A stretch of 64,000 nt of DNA, taken from the IMG/VR virus record IMGVR_UViG_3300032174_000075, positions 1 through 64,000 of that record; one strand, 5' to 3'. Shown in pieces: positions 47,752 to 57,285 of this stretch. The stretch's first letter is position 1, and each line of letters starts with the position of its first letter. Below the pieces are notes generated by a model that was not told the DNA's origin, searched no databases, and saw only the letters and a list, made by a program, of their open reading frames with translations. Source of the stretch: a virus. The position numbers and the translations under genes are program-made.

Positions 47752-47980
47752 GATTATTTTGTAGGACAAGCTTTACAAGTTGTCAAGTCCGTACTATATC
47801 ACCCGGGAGATGGAGGCCGCAGATGCCTAGTTTGACCGAAAATGAACTGCAGAATCTGCACAGGCTACCGTTCGCGGAACGCAGCCTGATCTCGATGCGG
47901 TGTCATATCGCGCGGAATGAGCCGCGGGCGGTGCGCGACCAAATCCTTCGCGACGCAATCAATAGCTGAGGCCTCTGACC

Positions 47981-48175
47981 ATGACAATTTTTCGAGTGAG
48001 GTTCCAAGTGCAAGGCGGCCATGTGCATTGTCGCCTGTTCGCCGCTGCGCAGCGTGGCGTGACGTTCGCCAAGTGCGGCGACTTCGTCGTGCGCAAAGGC
48101 GCGGAGTTTCGTGACTTTGTGGCGGCTTTCGAGAATGCTGATTCGGAACTATGCACTTGGGAAACCCAAGCCTAG
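47981..48175 (+). CDS. small hypothetical protein
   Basis: GGHVHCRLF...GVTFAKCG. Confidence 0.5.
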   Translation: MTIFRVRFQVQGGHVHCRLFAAAQRGVTFAKCGDFVVRKGAEFRDFVAAFENADSELCTWETQA

Positions 48176-48287
48176 GTCTAGCGGCAAGTTGTGGACACCA
48201 TGACGGACCGTGACCGCTCCTCCACAGCGACTCAGATACCATTCCCGGAATGGTGGCAGCATCGGGCTGCTGATGAAGGGCGTGTAG

Positions 48288-49058
48288 ATGGCGCGCGACA
48301 CGATACTTGGGCTCGGGCTTACGTTCGCGCTTCTGTTTATTCAGTATCGGTATAGAGACATGCCCGCTCCAATTACGGCGGCCGGCATTGCCTTTGGGGT
48401 CGCGCTGATGCTTTGGCCCTACTTGCCCTTTCCACAGAAATACAATGCGCCCATTTTTGTGGCCCTCTGTTTGTTGGCTTTGTGCGTAGGCGTGGCTGAT
48501 TGGGTGTACGAGATATATAGTCAGACGGAGATCACCGAGCGGCCCATTCAAAATGCCCGTCCGGTAACGCCAAAGGCATCACCGCAGCATGCAACCAGCG
48601 CCGCAGGGTCGCCTGTTGTAGCCCCCGAGAAGCCTCACGTTGACCCGCGACGAAGATTCGTCGTTCCACTTCGCGCGTTCTATGCTGAGGGCGATGAAAT
48701 TATTCGCTTTTTGGCCGGCGCAAATACAGAAGATGAATTTAAGAAAAGGCAAGACCGGTTGTGGGATTGGACGACTCGCATCGGACTGTGGACATGCAAG
48801 AACATGGGGGAATCTGCGATGGCCAAAGCAATACCCCTTACACTTGATCCTTATGTTGCCGCCGCCCATCCTATTCCCGGGGAAGAATTGCTCTCTGCGC
48901 AAAAGAACGCGCTGCTGACTATGATAGGCGTTGTTCAAGAAAGATTGTCGTCTCTAATAGAGCACGACACATGGGACCCAATTGGCGAGCCAATCTTACC
49001 AAAGGAAGGGTGTGAGGCTGTGGTTGGAAAGGCAACCGATCCGGCGGCAAAGTTCTGA
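48288..49058 (+). CDS. IS-associated passenger: three N-terminal TMs plus helical domain
   Basis: Lower GC, convergent with the second transposase. Confidence 0.7.
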   Translation: MARDTILGLGLTFALLFIQYRYRDMPAPITAAGIAFGVALMLWPYLPFPQKYNAPIFVALCLLALCVGVADWVYEIYSQTEITERPIQNARPVTPKASPQHATSAAGSPVVAPEKPHVDPRRRFVVPLRAFYAEGDEIIRFLAGANTEDEFKKRQDRLWDWTTRIGLWTCKNMGESAMAKAIPLTLDPYVAAAHPIPGEELLSAQKNALLTMIGVVQERLSSLIEHDTWDPIGEPILPKEGCEAVVGKATDPAAKF

Positions 49059-49061
49059 CGT

Positions 49062-49988
49062 TCATGCAGCCCGCTTCCGAATTGGGTCCTGATACATCAA
49101 CCGTGCGCCTGCGCTAAGTGCAATCGCCTTCATGGTTCGCTCCGCGTCCGAACTCTTGCGCTCGTTCCAGCGATAGGAGAACTCGTTGCAGTAGCGGTGC
49201 AGGTGGGTCTTGCTGACGCTGTGGAATGAGCCGGTGATACCGCGCTTAAGCAGCGCGAAATAAGACTCCGCATCGTTTGTCGAGACGCCGTCGCGGGCAT
49301 ACTCGAACTTCGCATGATTGACCGTCTCGTGGCCGCCCTCGAACCACTTGCCCACGCCACGATAAGAAATGAGCTGGTCGGTCTGGATTTGCGAAGACGG
49401 ATGCACATTGTTGCGGATCGCGTCTTGCAACGTCTTGGCGGTGATATTCGCAATCGGCCAAGAGCGGACGCGCCCGCCACGCTCGACCAATGCGACGACG
49501 GGAGCCTTATCGGTCCCGCGACCTTCCTTGGACTTCTTGCCGCTATGTTTGCGCGGCTTGCCGCCGACATAGGTTTCATCCGCGACCACGATGCCTTGAA
49601 GGAGCCCCTTCAATGGATTTTGCGCCATCGCGTGCCGGATGCGGTGGTTCAAGTGCCACGCGGTGCGATAGGAACCGAGGCCAAGCTGGCGCTGCAATTG
49701 AAGGGCGCTTACGCCTTTCTTTGAAGAACACATGATCGAGAAAGCCATGAGCCAAATCCTGATCGGAAGGTGCGAGGCTTCCATGATCGTGTTCACGGTG
49801 ACGCTGAATTGCTGCGCGCAGCCATTGTTGCATTTCCAAACGCCGGGACGATGCTTCTTGCCCTTGAATTTTGTGTGGCCTTCGACGCAGCCGCAATGCG
49901 GACAAACCGGACCCTTCGGCCAGACGATGCCCTCTAGCGTTTCGCGGGCTTGATCTTCGGTCATTTTGGACAGTTCGGAGAGGTTCAT
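49062..49988 (-). CDS. IS1595-family DDE transposase (second, distinct subgroup)
   Basis: CPHCG...WKC...C, SKKGVSALQLQRQLG, VVADETYVGG, IQTD, TNDAESYF, HLHRYCNEF. Confidence 0.95.
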   Translation of the reverse strand: MNLSELSKMTEDQARETLEGIVWPKGPVCPHCGCVEGHTKFKGKKHRPGVWKCNNGCAQQFSVTVNTIMEASHLPIRIWLMAFSIMCSSKKGVSALQLQRQLGLGSYRTAWHLNHRIRHAMAQNPLKGLLQGIVVADETYVGGKPRKHSGKKSKEGRGTDKAPVVALVERGGRVRSWPIANITAKTLQDAIRNNVHPSSQIQTDQLISYRGVGKWFEGGHETVNHAKFEYARDGVSTNDAESYFALLKRGITGSFHSVSKTHLHRYCNEFSYRWNERKSSDAERTMKAIALSAGARLMYQDPIRKRAA

Positions 49989-50056
49989 CGGTTCGGCCCT
50001 TGATCGTGTATGCAGTATGTAATACATTCGAAGCCGTTGTCAAGCGGAGTGCATAC

Positions 50057-50275
50057 ATGGATTTCAAGAAAGCTACCGATGAGTTGCTGGCCGGGATCAG
50101 CCATCAGGAATTGGCGGATGCCTTGGGCTGTTCGGTGCCAACCGTGCGGCAGGCCAGGCTGGACGAAGGCGCCAAGGCCCGCAGGAGCCCGCCAGAGGGC
50201 TGGCAGGCGGTTGTGGCGAAGCTTGCCAAGGCGCGGGCGGCTGGGCTCCTACGGCTCGCGGGTCGGCTCCAATAG
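50057..50275 (+). CDS. small HTH protein divergent from the transposase
   Basis: SHQELADALGCSVPTVRQAR HTH; GGAG RBS. Confidence 0.75.
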   Translation: MDFKKATDELLAGISHQELADALGCSVPTVRQARLDEGAKARRSPPEGWQAVVAKLAKARAAGLLRLAGRLQ

Positions 50276-50293
50276 GCCGGTTGACAAGAATCG

Positions 50294-50383
50294 TGCCCGC
50301 AGCGAGACTCGAACTCGCACGGCTCCGGCGAAGGAACCGGGGGATTCCAGGTCCCCCGCGTCTACCAGTTCCGCCATACGGGC
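50294..50383 (-). tRNA. tRNA-Leu-type body (class II) with TGG anticodon, C33 and no encoded CCA
   Basis: GCCCGTA TG GCG GAACTGGTAGA CGC G GGGGA CCTGGAA TCCCC CGGTTCCTTCGCCGGAGCCG T GCGAG TTCGAGT CTCGC TGCGGGC A; all stems pair. Confidence 0.8.
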
Positions 50384-50438
50384 CACGATTGAGGGCTTCT
50401 CCGGCCCGGGTAGGACCAAGACCGGAGAGCCTGTCAGC

Positions 50439-50468
50439 GACGCCGCCTTCGGGCGGCGTTTTGCTTTC
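50439..50468 (+). terminator. intrinsic terminator-like hairpin
   Basis: GACGCCGCC-TTCG-GGCGGCGTT followed by TTGCTTT. Confidence 0.65.
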
Positions 50469-50653
50469 TAGAGGCTGCTAAGGCGGTTCCATGGGCGAAT
50501 CTCCTGGGGTTGCCTTCGGAGATTGGCGAGACGGGATTTCGCCGTCGAAATCCGCGCGTAATTCGCCGCCATTTCGCCGCCGATTTTGGCAAGCATTGAT
50601 TTCAAAGAGTTTTTTAGATCGAAACCCGCCGGAAGGTGTCGAAAATTCGCCAC

Positions 50654-51778
50654 TTAGACGTTCTTTGCGGTTGGCTTCCGCCCCCTTTTTAGGGTGCCTG
50701 TACCGCGAAGTTTGCGAATCGCCGCTCGGGTTACAGATTTCCCTGGAAACATGCCTTCCGCCGATTTCCACGCATGGTCTTCTGTTTGCTCGGCCTCAGT
50801 AAAAAGCTTGGTGTAGAGCGCGTACCATTCTTTCAGGTGGCCTTCTGCTACCGGTCGCCCGTTTTCTTCTTCTTGTTCTGCGATCTCTGTCGTTGGCGAA
50901 GGATCGGGAGCCGCGGAAGGTCCCGCTTGAGGATTGAAGTCTTTCGGAAGCAAAGCGCGAACGCCGTTTGGTTCAAATCTAACGCCGCAATACCTCACCG
51001 TCGTAGGGTCGGCTACCAGTCTACTGGTCGGATCAAGGTAGATTGTCGCATCGCCGGTTTTCCAAAAGCTGTGCTTCGAATCTATACCCTGAATGTGACC
51101 CCAAAAGTCGCCGTCAATAGGCACGAACTCGGATAGTTCGGGTGGGTTGAATCCAGTTTTCCACGATTCTATGGCAGCTGCAGATTTGAGGACACTGCCT
51201 CGCAAGCGCTCCATAATTGCGGTCACGGCCGCTTCCGCACCTAGCGCCCGTTGAAGGACAGCCAACGACTCGTTCGGTGCCAGCCACGCAAGGAACTCTT
51301 CGGGCGAGATGGTTTTGTCAGGCGCGGTTTCGGTGCGCACCGGGAGGTCGACCGTCGCGACCTTCTCTTTTTGCGTTGGCAATATTGGAAATGGCTTCGG
51401 CAAATCAGCAATCATTGCGCTGATGCCAGCGGGATCAAATCGTATGCCAAATACCCTTACCGTTCGGTGCATAGAATGCTTTGAGCCGGCGAAAAGATGA
51501 AGAGAGAAATTGATGTCGGCTGTATCCCACCAGTCGGGGGATTTGCTTGACACTTGAGACCAATACCTTTGAGGAATGAGAAACCCTAGTTTGAGTTCAG
51601 TCGGATTTTCAAATGCTGCGGATTTGGAAGCTGCTCGTATCTGTCCCCCTTTTAGACGTTCCAGAATCGCGCGCGACGCAACACCAATATCCGGAATGCG
51701 CTCTTGAATAAGGGTCAAGGCCTGTCTGGGTAAGAGCCAGGTAACGAGCTCGTCGGCTGCTAAGCCGCTATCTGACAT
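50654..51778 (-). CDS. hypothetical protein with two tandem homologous domains and a C-terminal HTH-like tail
   Basis: Start MSDSG at 51778; duplicated W....AL...AI.ERL.G...W...W.T.D...G.RF.P.G motif. Confidence 0.65.
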   Translation of the reverse strand: MSDSGLAADELVTWLLPRQALTLIQERIPDIGVASRAILERLKGGQIRAASKSAAFENPTELKLGFLIPQRYWSQVSSKSPDWWDTADINFSLHLFAGSKHSMHRTVRVFGIRFDPAGISAMIADLPKPFPILPTQKEKVATVDLPVRTETAPDKTISPEEFLAWLAPNESLAVLQRALGAEAAVTAIMERLRGSVLKSAAAIESWKTGFNPPELSEFVPIDGDFWGHIQGIDSKHSFWKTGDATIYLDPTSRLVADPTTVRYCGVRFEPNGVRALLPKDFNPQAGPSAAPDPSPTTEIAEQEEENGRPVAEGHLKEWYALYTKLFTEAEQTEDHAWKSAEGMFPGKSVTRAAIRKLRGTGTLKRGRKPTAKNV

Positions 51779-51895
51779 TCCCCACTCCGGCAGGGCTCCG
51801 AGATGTGAGAGGGGAAGCGCGCCGGAGTGCCGCGCTTGTCGGATGGCCGTCCTATCCCCTGCACAAGTTATAGCTGAATCGGGTATGCTTGGGAC

Positions 51896-52027
51896 ATGGC
51901 AAAAGCGAAAACCAAGAAGCCGCCAGCCGAGAACAAGCCCATTGGGTTTGAAGACTTTGTCCGCGCCGCCATGGCGACAGGGAAGCCGCCAAAAGCCAAG
52001 CCCAAGAAGCGGAAGGCGAAAAAATGA
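51896..52027 (+). CDS. 43-aa basic peptide
   Basis: MAKAKTKKPPAENKPIGFEDFVRAAMATGKPPKAKPKKRKAKK*, ATGA-coupled to the next gene. Confidence 0.5.
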   Translation: MAKAKTKKPPAENKPIGFEDFVRAAMATGKPPKAKPKKRKAKK

Positions 52028-52314
52028 GAACCTATGGCGCGGTTGCGGTCGCAATCATTCTGGCTAGCTGTGGCGGTCCATCCAAAAAGCAGGACGTGGC
52101 TTCCTGCAACCTGGAAGCCCTGCGGGTCTATAGCCATGAGCACGGCCCCGACCTAAGCGGCCTCATCGGCCAATACACGGCCACCTGCATGGAGGCGAAG
52201 GGCTACAAGATGACCTTCACGGCGAGAGAATGTGCCGCCCATGGCGGCGACTTCTTGCTCCAGGAAATTGAAGCAGACTGCTACGTCAGGGAAAATTCCC
52301 TTTGGGCACAATAG
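52024..52314 (+). CDS. small lipoprotein
   Basis: Lipobox LASC; CMEAKGY motif. Confidence 0.65.
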   Translation: MRTYGAVAVAIILASCGGPSKKQDVASCNLEALRVYSHEHGPDLSGLIGQYTATCMEAKGYKMTFTARECAAHGGDFLLQEIEADCYVRENSLWAQ

Positions 52315-52318
52315 GTTG

Positions 52319-52683
52319 ATGCCGGTTTGCGAAGTGCATAGTTCCGTCCGAAGAAACCCTGCGCCGAATGTCCATGGCGTCGCGATGTAAAGCCTGGCCG
52401 CTTTCCGCCAGAGAGATACCGCGCCTTGGCATGCACTGCTGAGGATATGAGCAGCCACATCTTCGCGTGTCACAAGAGCGCGGACGACAAGCCTACCGCC
52501 TGCGCAGGATTTATCCTTCGTGGCGCGGATCACAATTTGTCCTTGCGCCTCGCATATTGCCATGGCGAAGTGGGCGAGATATCGGATGGTGGCTATCCGC
52601 TTTTCGAGAACTATCGGCAGATGGCACATGCGAACGGGGTGAAGCCTAATGACCCCGCGCTTAGAAACTGCAGGGATCGTTAG
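52319..52683 (+). pseudogene. DUF6283-like Cys-rich gene with an apparent 1-nt frameshift near the 5' end
   Basis: PCAECPWR...FACH...CAGF frame lacks its own start (TAG at 52339); ATG 52319 is one base out of frame. Confidence 0.55.
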
Positions 52684-53354
52684 AGAGTTCGCCATGGCGA
52701 AAGACCAATACCCCAAGGACTACAACCCTCCCGAACGCGGCACGTGCGAAGTGTGCGGCTATGTCACGAAGGGCTGGACGAAGAAGTGGCTGGCGCGCTG
52801 TCCCAAGCACTGGCAGGCGCTATTGCCCGAAGGCCATCTCGGATCGCTTGCATGACTTCACCGCTTGATCAGATGATCCTAGCCGCTGTCCGCTGTACCA
52901 AGTGCGGCGCGCAGGGCTATGGAAAATGCGGTTGCTGGACTCGGTGCCAGAAGTGCCAATGCATGTACGAAACCGGGAAAGAGTGTAGGCGCTGTGCTGG
53001 CGAGCCTCTGACGATCGTCGCCTCGACGAGCAAGCCGAGCAGGCGAAAGAGAAACCGGGCATAGCGCCCGCGTTATACTCACTCCGCGCCCTGCGTATAC
53101 ACGCTGACTTTCACTTAATCCTTTTCGGGCCATGCTTTGTCAAGAGGTAGACGTTGCCTTCGCTATCCGTCATGCAAAGTACGTCATCGGCGCCGACCTG
53201 ATTTCGTGGTTCTGAGTCGAAGCATGGCACAGTTGCTCGCGGGCCAGCCGCAGTCGTAGTTGTAGTTCGTCGCTGTTCAGTGACCCGCTGTCCGCATCCT
53301 AATATCGCCACAGCAATAGCGCAGAATGCAGCATAGCATAGGACGCGGATCGCG

Positions 53355-53726
53355 CTAGTCATCGCGTAGCTGCCTTACGTTCGGCTTCCAGTCTTGGCGC
53401 ATGGGGCGGGAGGGCCAGGGGCGCTTGCTTGCTTTCGGCAGAATGTGTTTCTTGCGCTTGGCGTATATGGATGATTTCTCGGCAACGTCGGCCGCGTTCT
53501 TGTCCGGGAGGCAATTACAGCACGTCAGACAGAGATTGTCTTCTGCATTCCGACCTGAATTTACTAGGGCGACGCGATGCTCAAGCGTCCATTTCTCGCC
53601 GGCACGGATTAGCCGTGCGCAGCTATGGCATCGACCCTGCTCGCGTTCGAAGACACGCAGTCGCACGCGTGGCGGAGCTGGCGTATCGTCCGTTCTTCCG
53701 CTCCACGGCTTCACGCTGCGCGGCAT
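53355..53726 (-). CDS. HNH endonuclease-like protein
   Basis: RVRLRVF....GRCHSC...W..EH..AL..SG.N.E.NL...C..C. Confidence 0.8.
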   Translation of the reverse strand: MPRSVKPWSGRTDDTPAPPRVRLRVFEREQGRCHSCARLIRAGEKWTLEHRVALVNSGRNAEDNLCLTCCNCLPDKNAADVAEKSSIYAKRKKHILPKASKRPWPSRPMRQDWKPNVRQLRDD

Positions 53727-53729
53727 ATC

Positions 53730-54032
53730 TTATCGCTCGCTGCTTTTTGTAAGATTTGAAACGGCGATGATGGCCGCAATGTCAGCCCTGAGCTTTTCCG
53801 CAGCCGCAACGATATTCTCCGCTGAGTTCAAGAGCTGCTTCCCGCCACCAGAGTAAACGATAGCCTCAAGCTCCCCTACTTGATATTCTCGGGTTGCTAC
53901 TCGGGTCCCGCACTTCTTGCACACTTTGCGACGGTATACGGAATTGTTGCGCCCCTGGCGACTGTCGCAAGTATACATCGGTGCCCCGCATTTCGGGCAC
54001 ATAATTCCGTGAGCCTTACGGGCCATCCCCAC
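53730..54032 (-). CDS. Zn-ribbon (NrdR/Ogr-like) protein
   Basis: CPKCG...DSR......RRK.C..CG.R..T.E. Confidence 0.7.
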   Translation of the reverse strand: MGMARKAHGIMCPKCGAPMYTCDSRQGRNNSVYRRKVCKKCGTRVATREYQVGELEAIVYSGGGKQLLNSAENIVAAAEKLRADIAAIIAVSNLTKSSER

Positions 54033-54035
54033 GAT

Positions 54036-54470
54036 CTACCCGCCCTCTTGTGCTTGTGCGGAGAGGGAGGTGGAGGCATCTTGCTCTTGCCCGTCATGGA
54101 ACGTCACGCCGTTGCTCGCGCCCCACGCTGCGATACATTCGATAAGATCGCTCATTTCCTGCTTGGAAAGATCGGACGAGCGATAGCCGAGCGGGATGAC
54201 TGTAGCACCGTCCAGGGCTGGGATGAACTCGACTTCGCAGCCGAGCGCCTTCATGAAAAGAACTTTCCAAATATGCGGCGGATACTTGCGGCCGTTGTGC
54301 TCCTTCTGCGCCGCCACGTCGGTCAGCATGGCCCACATGCGGTCATTTTGGGGCAAACTTCTTTTCTGCGCCTTGAACTCAACCCGTGTCCCGAACGGTG
54401 CCGCTTTCACGTAGCGGCATGCGCGCTCTTTGACGGCGGTGCTGTTGAGAACGAGGAGATGGCGGCTCAC
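54036..54470 (-). CDS. ninB: NinB/Orf-family recombination protein
   Basis: KRSLPQNDRMWAMLTDVA.Q...WK..F...SSDLSK.EMSDLIE.I.AWGA..GV.F. Confidence 0.9.
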   Translation of the reverse strand: MSRHLLVLNSTAVKERACRYVKAAPFGTRVEFKAQKRSLPQNDRMWAMLTDVAAQKEHNGRKYPPHIWKVLFMKALGCEVEFIPALDGATVIPLGYRSSDLSKQEMSDLIECIAAWGASNGVTFHDGQEQDASTSLSAQAQEGG

Positions 54471-55570
54471 CTTTTCTTTGCCTCTTTGAACAGCGCAGTA
54501 GATTTATCGGCGCAGGCTTCTTTCCATGCGGCGACTTCGGCAGGCATATCGCCTAGGTCAGACAGGACCGCATCGCGCAAGGCTTCAATCTCGCGCTCCG
54601 ACGTAAAGCCCTTCAATTCCTCGTACTGATCGGAAAGCCAGTCTTTGAATGCGGCGGCTTTGTCCTGTTCCGTGGCCCGAGCGACGGTAACTGTCTCTGC
54701 CTGTGGAGCGACAAAAGATTGCTCGCCGAGGGTCTCGCGCATGTCCGCTTGAGGACTGTGTTCAAGCTTAGGGGCTGGCGGCGGCGCTGGGGGCGGCGTC
54801 AATGCAATAGTTTCCGGCCTATCTGAGAAGTCGAAATTCGCCTCATCGTCGCGCTGGATAATCTCGCGCATCTGATCGCTCACAGGAACTGTCTTGACGC
54901 CGCGCCGGAGAACGGATTTGCGGTAGCCCTCGCTCTGGAACTTCGTCCACATGAGAGAGTTCTTCGCCTTCGATTGCTCCCGCGTCTGTTCTATTTGAGT
55001 GCAGTCCATGACTTCGCGGTGAAGAATCGTGCCGTCCTCGCGCTTGTAAATGCAGTAGGCGCCGATCATCTTGCCACGGTCTGTCCCGAGGCGAGCGGGC
55101 TCATGCTCGATTTTCGGGTCATCTCCCTGGTGCCAAATGAAGCGGTCAGCCTCATGCACGACTTCTGCGTTGGCTATGATTCCGTCCAGTTCGCGAAGGC
55201 GCTTGCGAAGGCCTGCAGCCATCGGATTCCACTGCGCCTGCTTTTCCCACCTGTCCGGCTGGCCTTTCTTGGCGACGTTCACATTGTAGACGGCGATATG
55301 GCCTTCGCGACCATCAGGCACCAAGCCGTCCTGCGCCGCACGAACAACGGACGCCATGACCGTTCGCATTGACGCTTGGAGAATTGCCGGGTCTTGCCGC
55401 ACCGCCGCGATGACTGTATTTTTGAATCGAGCTGGCGAAATCGTTGACGGCAGCATCGAAGCAAGTGAGGCGGCGCGCTCTTCGAGCTCCGCCTCAAATT
55501 GCTTGTAGATCGTAAGCGCCCCGTCCTTCCGAGCGCCGGGCGCGCCCTCATAGTGGCTTTGGTCGCTCAC
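54467..55570 (-). CDS. recT: RecT-family single-strand annealing protein
   Basis: AAQDGL.PDGRE...V.Y, V.E.D.F, GAY, W......M/Y.KSVLRR..K..P. Confidence 0.88.
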   Translation of the reverse strand: MSDQSHYEGAPGARKDGALTIYKQFEAELEERAASLASMLPSTISPARFKNTVIAAVRQDPAILQASMRTVMASVVRAAQDGLVPDGREGHIAVYNVNVAKKGQPDRWEKQAQWNPMAAGLRKRLRELDGIIANAEVVHEADRFIWHQGDDPKIEHEPARLGTDRGKMIGAYCIYKREDGTILHREVMDCTQIEQTREQSKAKNSLMWTKFQSEGYRKSVLRRGVKTVPVSDQMREIIQRDDEANFDFSDRPETIALTPPPAPPPAPKLEHSPQADMRETLGEQSFVAPQAETVTVARATEQDKAAAFKDWLSDQYEELKGFTSEREIEALRDAVLSDLGDMPAEVAAWKEACADKSTALFKEAKKR

Positions 55571-56514
55571 CGCACGTCCTTTTCCGTTGTGACCGTCACG
55601 CCTGGAACGGTATGGCCAGCGTCCACAGCCCGCTGTGCGAGCCTGGCGATAAGATCGACAAGTTCTCTGTGGCCCCGAAGGAAATTGTAGACGGCGTCTT
55701 GATCCGTGACTGTTGCGCGCTTGACTTCCTTGATCGTCGCGGCGCGGCCGTAGGCTCCCTTGATTGCCGTGATGGGCACAGGGGCAGCCTCGGGAGGCGG
55801 CGGTAGCGGCGGAGGCGGAGCTTCCGGGTGCGCCGCCAATTGCTCGGCCAAGGCCTTCTTACGGGTCTCCTCAGCGGCGAGGCGCGCTTGCTCGGCTGCT
55901 CGGGCCTTACGGGTCTCGTATGCTCCCAGCGCGGCCCTGAGGGCGTCTGCGGCTTCCTTGGCCCGCTTCACGATAGGCTGCCAGCGGGCGTCCACGGCCT
56001 TCCCGGCTTCCAGGTGAGGCTTTTTGAGGGCTTCCCGGCGCTTGTCGGCTTGGCCGCTCAATTCGTTCAGGCGAGCCCGTGCGGACTGCGCCTTTGCCGC
56101 CGTCTCATCGTCTTTGATATCGACATAATCTTGCGCGTTGGCGGCGGCGGATTCGATCTGCCCGGACAGAACGTCAGCCTCATCCTGCGGAGGATCGTTG
56201 TGGCCTGCTGGCGGGGGAGATAGCGAAGCGGTTACGGCCGCATCCTCATCGAACCATATGCCAGTCTCGACGCGGCTACGGTAGGCTTCCTCGGTCACGG
56301 GCTTGTCGCACACGAAGTTCCAAATCCTCGCCGGATCGGAACTGGCGCCATCAACGAGCGCCACGAGTTTGCCTTCGTGTTCCCAAATGGCGACGGGTAG
56401 AAGGGCGCCCCCTTTGGCGGCGCGCATTCTGTAAAACCCCGGCTGCGCATCGCCATCATGAACGGGCGGCGAGTTTCCCGCGAGCGCGCTCTGCCAGAAA
56501 TCATATCCTGTCAT
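55567..56514 (-). CDS. phage coiled-coil protein upstream of recT
   Basis: Start MTGYDFW; QPGFYR, PVAIW, GHN.PP, K.P.L.AGK.VD..W, VPGV motifs. Confidence 0.7.
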   Translation of the reverse strand: MTGYDFWQSALAGNSPPVHDGDAQPGFYRMRAAKGGALLPVAIWEHEGKLVALVDGASSDPARIWNFVCDKPVTEEAYRSRVETGIWFDEDAAVTASLSPPPAGHNDPPQDEADVLSGQIESAAANAQDYVDIKDDETAAKAQSARARLNELSGQADKRREALKKPHLEAGKAVDARWQPIVKRAKEAADALRAALGAYETRKARAAEQARLAAEETRKKALAEQLAAHPEAPPPPLPPPPEAAPVPITAIKGAYGRAATIKEVKRATVTDQDAVYNFLRGHRELVDLIARLAQRAVDAGHTVPGVTVTTEKDVR

Positions 56515-56528
56515 CGTTTTCTCTCTGT

Positions 56529-56966
56529 CTACGGCGTGTGCCGAGGGTGCATCTTGTCGTAGGCTTGGCCTACCGCGAAAGGAACCATTGTGCTGTGAGG
56601 TATTGGCTGTTCCACAACGGCGCAGTCGAGACGCTTGGGAGGACGGAAGCATTCGTTATTTTCCTTCCAGCATCTCATTTCCCATTGAGATTCATTATAG
56701 ACCACCGTCCAGTCTTCTATTGAAGTAGTCTGGTAAGGGCGGAAGGCAGAAAAGTTGCTGTGAGTCTTGAAGCTGGGGCGGCCGCTTCCAATCTTTCTTT
56801 CCCTGCCAGCACAATCGAAAATCGAGACTATGCCGACGCCGTTTCGGGCAACCTCGATTTTAAGCCACGGATTCCCCCATTGGTCGGGCGCCGTGATCGT
56901 AAAACTTGTGAAGCTGCTAACAGCGGCGGCTTGGAGAGCCACTGCTAGAAATATTGCCGTGCTCAT
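56529..56966 (-). CDS. exported hypothetical protein
   Basis: MSTAIFLAVALQAAAV signal-like start, GGAG RBS. Confidence 0.5.
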   Translation of the reverse strand: MSTAIFLAVALQAAAVSSFTSFTITAPDQWGNPWLKIEVARNGVGIVSIFDCAGRERKIGSGRPSFKTHSNFSAFRPYQTTSIEDWTVVYNESQWEMRCWKENNECFRPPKRLDCAVVEQPIPHSTMVPFAVGQAYDKMHPRHTP

Positions 56967-56976
56967 TCCGTCTCCT

Positions 56977-57285
56977 TTATTTCGCCGTTGCGGCGAAAAG
57001 CTTCTTCGGGTCCAGGCATAGCGCCTTTGCGAAGGCGAATACGTCGGAAAGCAGCACACGCTGGCGCCCAAGCTCGATATTGGCGATGGAGCCGCGAGAG
57101 TACCCGAGCCTGTCGGCCAATTCCTGTTGCGAAAGCTCCATGTCGAGACGCGCTTCCCGTACCGCAGCCCCGAACAGAACATAGGGCCGCTCGCATTGCA
57201 ATACCTCGCGTGTTACATTGACGACGCGGTAGACCCTGCGCTGGCCGGAGACTGTCCGCTTGGTTTTGACCCGCCTCGGGCTCAT
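56977..57285 (-). CDS. Xre-family HTH regulator
   Basis: FGAAVREAR....LSQQELADRLGYSRGSIANIELGRQ. Confidence 0.85.
   Translation of the reverse strand: MSPRRVKTKRTVSGQRRVYRVVNVTREVLQCERPYVLFGAAVREARLDMELSQQELADRLGYSRGSIANIELGRQRVLLSDVFAFAKALCLDPKKLFAATAK

Noticed and set aside
50294-50383. tRNA as a prophage att site
   Set aside because: It is a full cloverleaf in the middle of the phage, no duplicate of its 3' end was seen in the window, and no integrase is adjacent
51779-52054. N-terminal 92-aa extension of the 466-aa ORF; likewise the extended starts at 25012, 15333, 35910 and 56652
   Set aside because: They overlap better-supported genes; downstream starts with RBS or stop-start coupling are more plausible
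48227-52300. Terminal inverted repeats for the second IS1595 (…TCAGATACCATTCCC at 48246, …TCAGGGAAAATTCCC at 52300)
   Set aside because: The two end-like motifs are in direct, not inverted, orientation and no 8-bp duplication was found; boundaries left undefined
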